Shown here: in pieces, positions 59,562 to 64,000 of the stretch
How positions within the stretch are numbered: the first letter of the stretch is position 1
Layout of the letters: each line of letters opens with the position of its first letter
From: Anaerolineales bacterium
GTDB taxonomy: Bacteria > Chloroflexota > Anaerolineae > Anaerolineales > UBA4823
Length of the DNA: 64,000 bases
NCBI GenBank assembly: GCA_046259385.1
Contig: JBJYWI010000083.1
Span: 8,689 to 72,688, forward strand
Direction of reading: 5' to 3'
The notes under the pieces: generated by a model
The model's database searches: none
What the model saw: the letters and a program-made list of their open reading frames with translations, nothing else
Told to the model about the DNA's origin: nothing
Position numbers and translations under genes: made by a program

Positions 59562-61226
59562 ATGGAGTGGGACAAGAAGGTAATCGTATCTATCTGTATT
59601 CCCATTATCCTGCTCGCTTCTTTGTTCTGGCAGGTTGAAATTGTACGTGCGGAGGGGGATGAGGAAGGACGCGCAACAACAATTGTAGTCTCTTATACTG
59701 AATATAGGTGGTGGCTGATCTCGTGGGATGAACACAAGGTCTACTGCACGGTTTACGCGGATCACGAGGGGGTGCCGAACGAGGAGGAGGTTATCCGGGA
59801 TTGCGGGGAGGAAATTGGCTATATATGGCGCTATACCCCAGCCTGCGAGATCGATGAAGAAGAGGAGGGAAATGTAACCGCTGGCTGCCGAGGTTTTTAT
59901 TTTCAGCTTGTATCCTCCCAGCCCGCAGAGAAAGAAGTTGTTGTTGACCTTCCTGAAGCGACGGTCTGGGTTGACATGGAGGGTTGTGATCCCGCGCCGC
60001 CCACCAATTTCTGTCCTGAGATACCAAGTTTACTTCTAATCGGTGCAGAACCGCTTCCGAATGAGGAGATCACCGCTGTCCATGGTTTATACGATGGAGA
60101 ACCCTTCATGTGCCCTGAGAGTTCGTGCGCAGTTCCGCTGCGGGCGACACCGGTTTTAGGGGCGGAAATTGAATTCTGGGCTGAATCAAGCTTTGGTGAC
60201 ACCAGCGATCATTACACGGCTCAGGTGAGGGTCATCGACACGGGCGCCAACCCAGCACCAGGGGGCAGCGGATGGTATGTGGACGTGATCAGCACCCAGT
60301 GGGTTGGCAACCCGCTGGTCAGTTGTGCAAAAATCTGGCAGTCTTTCCCACCCATCGGCGGACCTCCAGACTGGTTAAAAACTCCAGAAGATGATAAGTT
60401 GATTGCTACAGAAGAACCTTATTACTACCTCGCAGGCAGGCTGATTTCGCAGGGTTTGGTAGATGTGTCTGAATGCGTTAGCGGTGGGCTGCTGCCTAAC
60501 GGATATGCTGATGTTTGCGGGCTGGAAAAAGCCAGCCTTGTCCTTGAGAAGTGGCAAAACCAGTTTGATGCCCGCATCATTGAAGTAGCTCAGGAAACGG
60601 GGATACCAGCCCAGTTGATAAAAAATCTTTTCGCCCAGGAAAGTCAATTCTGGCCGGGGGTTTACCGGGTTCCTTTTGAATTTGGTCTTGGACAGTTGAC
60701 GGATAAAGGAGCGGATTCAATTTTGCTGTGGAACAATTCGTTTTACGAACAATTTTGCCCGCTGGTTCTGGCCGCAGAAACATGTGATCAGGGCTACTTA
60801 AGTCTTCCGAAGGGCGAACAAGCAATCTTGCGCGGAGCGGTTGCACTGCAGGCTAAGGCAGATTGTGCTGATTGCCTTACCGGGATTGATCTGACCCAAA
60901 CCAATTTCAGCGTATCCCTTTTCGCAAACACTCTCCTGGCAAGCTGCACTCAAGTTGACCAGACAATCGCAAATGCAACCGGCGAGACATCAGGTGCGGT
61001 TAGCACTTACGAGGATTTATGGCGCTATACAATCGCGAATTACCACGCCGGCGCTGGGTGCCTGGCTTATGCGATTCACCAGGCCTGGTTGAACGAGGGG
61101 TTGTTAAATTGGGAAGTGGTTAAGAAGTACTTTACGGAACCATGCCAGGGGGTGATACCTTACGTGGAGAAGATAACGGATGGAGGTGGTCAGTTCAGTC
61201 TGCTATTGCCTGAATCAATCCCATAA
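59562..61226 (+). CDS. Cys-rich secreted/anchored protein with C-terminal SLT (GH23 lytic transglycosylase)-like domain
   Basis: 554 aa. N-terminal hydrophobic anchor or signal and about 20 Cys. The C-terminal region carries SLT-like motifs in the canonical order: FAQESQFWP (catalytic Glu-Ser), GLGQLT, and ANYHAGAG (AYNAG-like). Confidence 0.6.
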   Translation: MEWDKKVIVSICIPIILLASLFWQVEIVRAEGDEEGRATTIVVSYTEYRWWLISWDEHKVYCTVYADHEGVPNEEEVIRDCGEEIGYIWRYTPACEIDEEEEGNVTAGCRGFYFQLVSSQPAEKEVVVDLPEATVWVDMEGCDPAPPTNFCPEIPSLLLIGAEPLPNEEITAVHGLYDGEPFMCPESSCAVPLRATPVLGAEIEFWAESSFGDTSDHYTAQVRVIDTGANPAPGGSGWYVDVISTQWVGNPLVSCAKIWQSFPPIGGPPDWLKTPEDDKLIATEEPYYYLAGRLISQGLVDVSECVSGGLLPNGYADVCGLEKASLVLEKWQNQFDARIIEVAQETGIPAQLIKNLFAQESQFWPGVYRVPFEFGLGQLTDKGADSILLWNNSFYEQFCPLVLAAETCDQGYLSLPKGEQAILRGAVALQAKADCADCLTGIDLTQTNFSVSLFANTLLASCTQVDQTIANATGETSGAVSTYEDLWRYTIANYHAGAGCLAYAIHQAWLNEGLLNWEVVKKYFTEPCQGVIPYVEKITDGGGQFSLLLPESIP

Positions 61227-61380
61227 ATTCATCCCATTCTTCTTTAAAAAAGTGCAGCGTCACATTATTTAGATCTAGGTGGTAAGTCCTTTCCCCATCC
61301 GGTTCATCTGCGGTCCAGGCTAAGTAATTTTCAGTTTCTGCAATTATTTGTGTCTCGGGAATCTGGGGGTCTTCTGCCAT
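61195..61380 (-). CDS. Small acidic hypothetical protein
   Basis: 61 aa. AAGGAG lies 6 nt upstream of the ATG. The ORF is 83 nt downstream of rho on the same strand. Its 3' end overlaps the convergent 59562..61226 ORF by 32 nt. Confidence 0.5.
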   Translation of the reverse strand: MAEDPQIPETQIIAETENYLAWTADEPDGERTYHLDLNNVTLHFFKEEWDEFMGLIQAIAD

Positions 61381-61463
61381 CTTTTTCTCCTTTTATTGAA
61401 TTAGAGGTTTGCTCAGGAGATATTTGGGTGCTGCAGGGTTTGGGTTATATCCTGGAGATCCGG

Positions 61464-62768
61464 CTATTTTTCGGATAGCGACTCCAGAAATTCCATGTTG
61501 TTAGATGTGTGTGAAATTCGTTGGAGTATCGCTTCAGTTGCAGTGGCTATATCCAGACCTGCACCATGGGGTGGTGCGGTGATCATTTGGTCGTACATGC
61601 GCCGCATCAACCACACCCGGGGGGTAATGTCTGGACCGAGCAGAAGTTCCTCGCGCCGGGTTGATGAACGCTCAATATCTATCGCTGGAAACACGCGTCT
61701 TTCCTGCAGGCGCCGGGATAGATGCAGCTCCATATTGCCTGTACCTTTAAATTCTTCGTAAACAACATCATCCATTCTGGAACCGGTGTCAATCAGGCAG
61801 GTTGCGATTATTGTAAGTGAACCGCCGTCCTCGATATTGCGCGCTGCCCCAAAAAACCTCTTCGGCGGGTATAGGGCGGAGGGGTCGATACCTCCTGACA
61901 GGGTTCTTCCGGAGGGGGTCACGACCAGATTATACGCGCGCGCCAGGCGGGTGATTGAGTCCATCAGAATGACTACATCCTGCCCAATTTCAACCAGTCG
62001 TTTAGCACGTTCGAGTGCCATCTCTGCAGCCCTGACGTGGGAAGTAACTGGCTCATCAAAAGTGGAAGAGATAACCTCCGCATCCACGGATCGGTCCATA
62101 TCGGTTACTTCCTCGGGACGCTCACCGATGAGGGCGACCATGAGGTATACCTCGTTGTATTTGTGTGAGATCGAATTTGCAATTTGTTTCAGAATGGTGG
62201 TCTTCCCTGCTTTAGGCGGGGAAACAATCAAACCGCGCTGGCCGCGGCCGATTGGTGTCACCAGATTTATCAGACGGGTTGCCAGGTTGTGTTTTTCAAG
62301 TTCCAGGTCAAATCGCACGTCCGGAAAAATAGGTATCAGGGACTCAAAAATCGGTCTGCGTTTTGATTCATCCGGATCCAGCCCGTTTACACTTTCGACT
62401 TTCAGCAGCCCGTAGTGACGCTCGGATTCACGCGGCGGTCGTACATGTCCAATAACCATATCCCCGTTTCTAAGCTGGTAGCGCCGAATCTGGGATTGTG
62501 ATACATAAACATCCAAAGGTCCGGGTGAGTAATGGTTGAACCGTAGGAATCCTATGCCTTCACTCATGATTTCAAGGATTCCACCTCTAAGTTCCAACCC
62601 ATCCCGCTCTGCTTCAGCCTGCTGAATCCGGATAATCAAGTCTTCTTTTTTTAATCTGTTGGAATTCTTGACATCCAGGTTCGAAGCCATTTTTCGCAGC
62701 TTCGACAATGATGTGTTTTGAAGTTCAATTACTTTCATGTCTTTTCTCAATTGTTTTGAAATCAACAA
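61464..62768 (-). CDS. rho: Transcription termination factor Rho
   Basis: Rho N-terminal domain ([23 protein letters not shown]), an RNA-binding OB and Walker [16 protein letters not shown]. The start is ambiguous: TTG 62768 or 62765 (next to AAGGAGA) or ATG 62738. Confidence 0.96.
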   Translation of the reverse strand: MLISKQLRKDMKVIELQNTSLSKLRKMASNLDVKNSNRLKKEDLIIRIQQAEAERDGLELRGGILEIMSEGIGFLRFNHYSPGPLDVYVSQSQIRRYQLRNGDMVIGHVRPPRESERHYGLLKVESVNGLDPDESKRRPIFESLIPIFPDVRFDLELEKHNLATRLINLVTPIGRGQRGLIVSPPKAGKTTILKQIANSISHKYNEVYLMVALIGERPEEVTDMDRSVDAEVISSTFDEPVTSHVRAAEMALERAKRLVEIGQDVVILMDSITRLARAYNLVVTPSGRTLSGGIDPSALYPPKRFFGAARNIEDGGSLTIIATCLIDTGSRMDDVVYEEFKGTGNMELHLSRRLQERRVFPAIDIERSSTRREELLLGPDITPRVWLMRRMYDQMITAPPHGAGLDIATATEAILQRISHTSNNMEFLESLSEK

Positions 62769-63169
62769 TCTCCTTTATTATTGTTTGACAGTCTATGGAG
62801 GGACCGGAAATAATAATTTTTCCCATACGAACTGTGAAATGCAACGCTCGCAGGATTGAAAAGGCTTGATATTAATGAGGGGTAGATTTTTTGTGACAAA
62901 AATGAAATATTGGTTTTGAGTTGCTGGCTTGCGGCACATGGCTCGCAAGCACCCGGATATTCAGGCGTTCGAAGTATACGAGATACACCCCGCCAGAACA
63001 CGGGTAGGCGTTTTAGCACTTTTGATAATTATTTTTAACTAACTCCTTTGATTGCAGGGAAAACTTTTATTTAGCTACTTAATGTGGGTACCCCACCTGA
63101 GGTGCTGTTAAGAACGAGTTCACAGAGACTTGGCAGAAAAAATCCTGATAAGCTTCCCCTGACGGCGAA

Positions 63170-63178
63170 ATTATACCA
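63170..63178 (-). promoter_or_regulatory. Extended -10 element TGgTATAAT, candidate rho promoter
   Basis: The minus strand reads cttgTGgTATAATttcg, 33 nt downstream of the GHMP kinase stop. No good -35 is present. It would give rho a leader of about 400 nt. Confidence 0.4.
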
Positions 63179-63210
63179 CAAGAAAAGAAATTCCGGATCA
63201 GTTTTACCTT

Positions 63211-64000
63211 TTAGAGTTCGCGTCGCCAGACTCTGGCGCCTGCAGGGCTGAGCGATATGGGAATGCTCTTATAACGCGGGGAGATTGCTTCAATTGAACT
63301 GACCATGCGGCGGTTCGTTTCCGCAATCGGGCCAGCAAGGATCGTGACGCTCCCGCCTTCGCCGCCAGCGCCGTTAACCTTCCAACCAAGCGCGCCGTGC
63401 TCTTCAGCAACCCGGAATATGCGTTGTGCGTCCGTTGCTACCAGATCGTCGTGCAATCTTTTCTGGGCTTCCAGATTATTAATCATCGCTTGTCCAAAGG
63501 CTGCCAGGTCTCCTGCCAGTAAAGCATCCCGGGATTCAACGGCAGCCGCGCGCAGATCTTCCAGTTTCCGGGATCCAGGACCTTCATGTTCAAGGGTCTT
63601 GATAACCTTCTCGTGCAAATCGGAAGATCTGTGTGATTTACCCACGCATATCAGGTGTAAACGTTTTTCCAACTCCCAACTTAACTCTTCCGGGATCTTT
63701 AGTTGGTGGACATTCGCGTGCGGATATTCATACATATCGATAAAATTAATGCCCCCGCAGGCTGCGCATAACTGGTCCTGTATTCCGCTCTGCCCCTGGA
63801 GCAATTCAGTCTCAACCCGGTGAGCGGTTTGGGCGATCTCTTTAAGACCCATTCGGTCGGGGGTGAGCATATCCAGAGCAGACAGCAACGCCACTATCAC
63901 CGAGGCAGAGGTGCCAATTGAGGAGCTTGCAGGAGCACTGGAGTAGATCGTCGCCTCCAGCTGGATTCCTGGCGGAAGGTTCATGATTTCAAAAGCCGCT
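63211..64000 (-). CDS. GHMP-family sugar kinase (5' end beyond window)
   Basis: GHMP motif II-like PPGIQLEATIYSSAPASSSIGTSASVIVALL and C-terminal GWKVNGAGGEGGSVTILAG. The reading frame stays open to the window edge upstream of the listed Met, so the gene is truncated here. Confidence 0.8.
   Translation of the reverse strand, partial: AAFEIMNLPPGIQLEATIYSSAPASSSIGTSASVIVALLSALDMLTPDRMGLKEIAQTAHRVETELLQGQSGIQDQLCAACGGINFIDMYEYPHANVHQLKIPEELSWELEKRLHLICVGKSHRSSDLHEKVIKTLEHEGPGSRKLEDLRAAAVESRDALLAGDLAAFGQAMINNLEAQKRLHDDLVATDAQRIFRVAEEHGALGWKVNGAGGEGGSVTILAGPIAETNRRMVSSIEAISPRYKSIPISLSPAGARVWRREL

Noticed and set aside
62762-63019. An 85-aa minus-strand ORF occupying part of the rho upstream region.
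   Set aside because: It overlaps the rho start in another frame, has no ribosome-binding site and has a low-complexity, non-protein-like sequence. The region is better explained as the rho leader.
63012-63020. TTAGCACTT in the rho leader resembles the left half of a CIRCE operator.
   Set aside because: The required GAGTGCTAA half-site is absent 9 nt downstream (the sequence there is atttttaac). A lone 8/9 half-site is expected by chance.

Overview
This is a 64-kb chromosomal segment of about 50% GC. It is densely coding, with 52 protein genes and one tRNA, and almost all of it is core housekeeping.

Gene order, left to right:
- nuoA-H of a complex I operon, which continues past the left edge.
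- dnaG-rpoD.
- A membrane protein with a bPH-like domain.
- An NfeD/SPFH pair.
- A tightly packed rimI-like GNAT / RNase D / beta-CASP nuclease cluster.
- tRNA-Ser(CGA).
- A short DnaE-family polymerase preceded by a family-2 glycosyltransferase.
- A mini SWIM zinc-finger protein.
- An operon of a GNAT, a membrane protein and an anchored TPR-like protein.
- A thioesterase, an F420-type LLM oxidoreductase and pcm.
- A CHAD protein translationally coupled to an orphan ParA ATPase.
- pyk, glgX, a P-type Ca-ATPase, an ABC1/UbiB kinase and RNase J.
- groES-groEL, two tandem anchored TPR proteins, trmD and an RluA-family synthase.
- hrcA-grpE-dnaK-dnaJ, prmA and PolX.
- A CAP+LysM surface protein, PolA, a Cys-rich secreted protein with an SLT-like domain and rho.
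- A GHMP kinase truncated at the right edge.

Regulatory signals readable by eye:
- Two perfect CIRCE operators.
- Several sigma-70-like promoters.
- Several intrinsic terminators.
- A recurring layout in which a -10 element sits 6-7 nt upstream of a start codon, which suggests leaderless mRNAs.

The gene content suggests a Chloroflexota (Anaerolineae-like) genome. The cues are HrcA/CIRCE control, RNase J, an F420-type LLM enzyme and many single-pass TPR proteins with Pro/Thr linkers. This is inference only.

I recognised no transposase, integrase, phage genes, CRISPR array, restriction-modification, toxin-antitoxin or known defence system. The best candidate for an undescribed system is the coupled CYTH-like/CHAD + orphan ParA pair, which could be a polyphosphate-granule positioning module. 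Secondary items are:
- A DnaE2-like polymerase with no imuA/imuB partners.
- Structured leaders upstream of rnj and rho.
- The leaderless-promoter pattern.

All calls come from reading motifs by eye. No database search was run.
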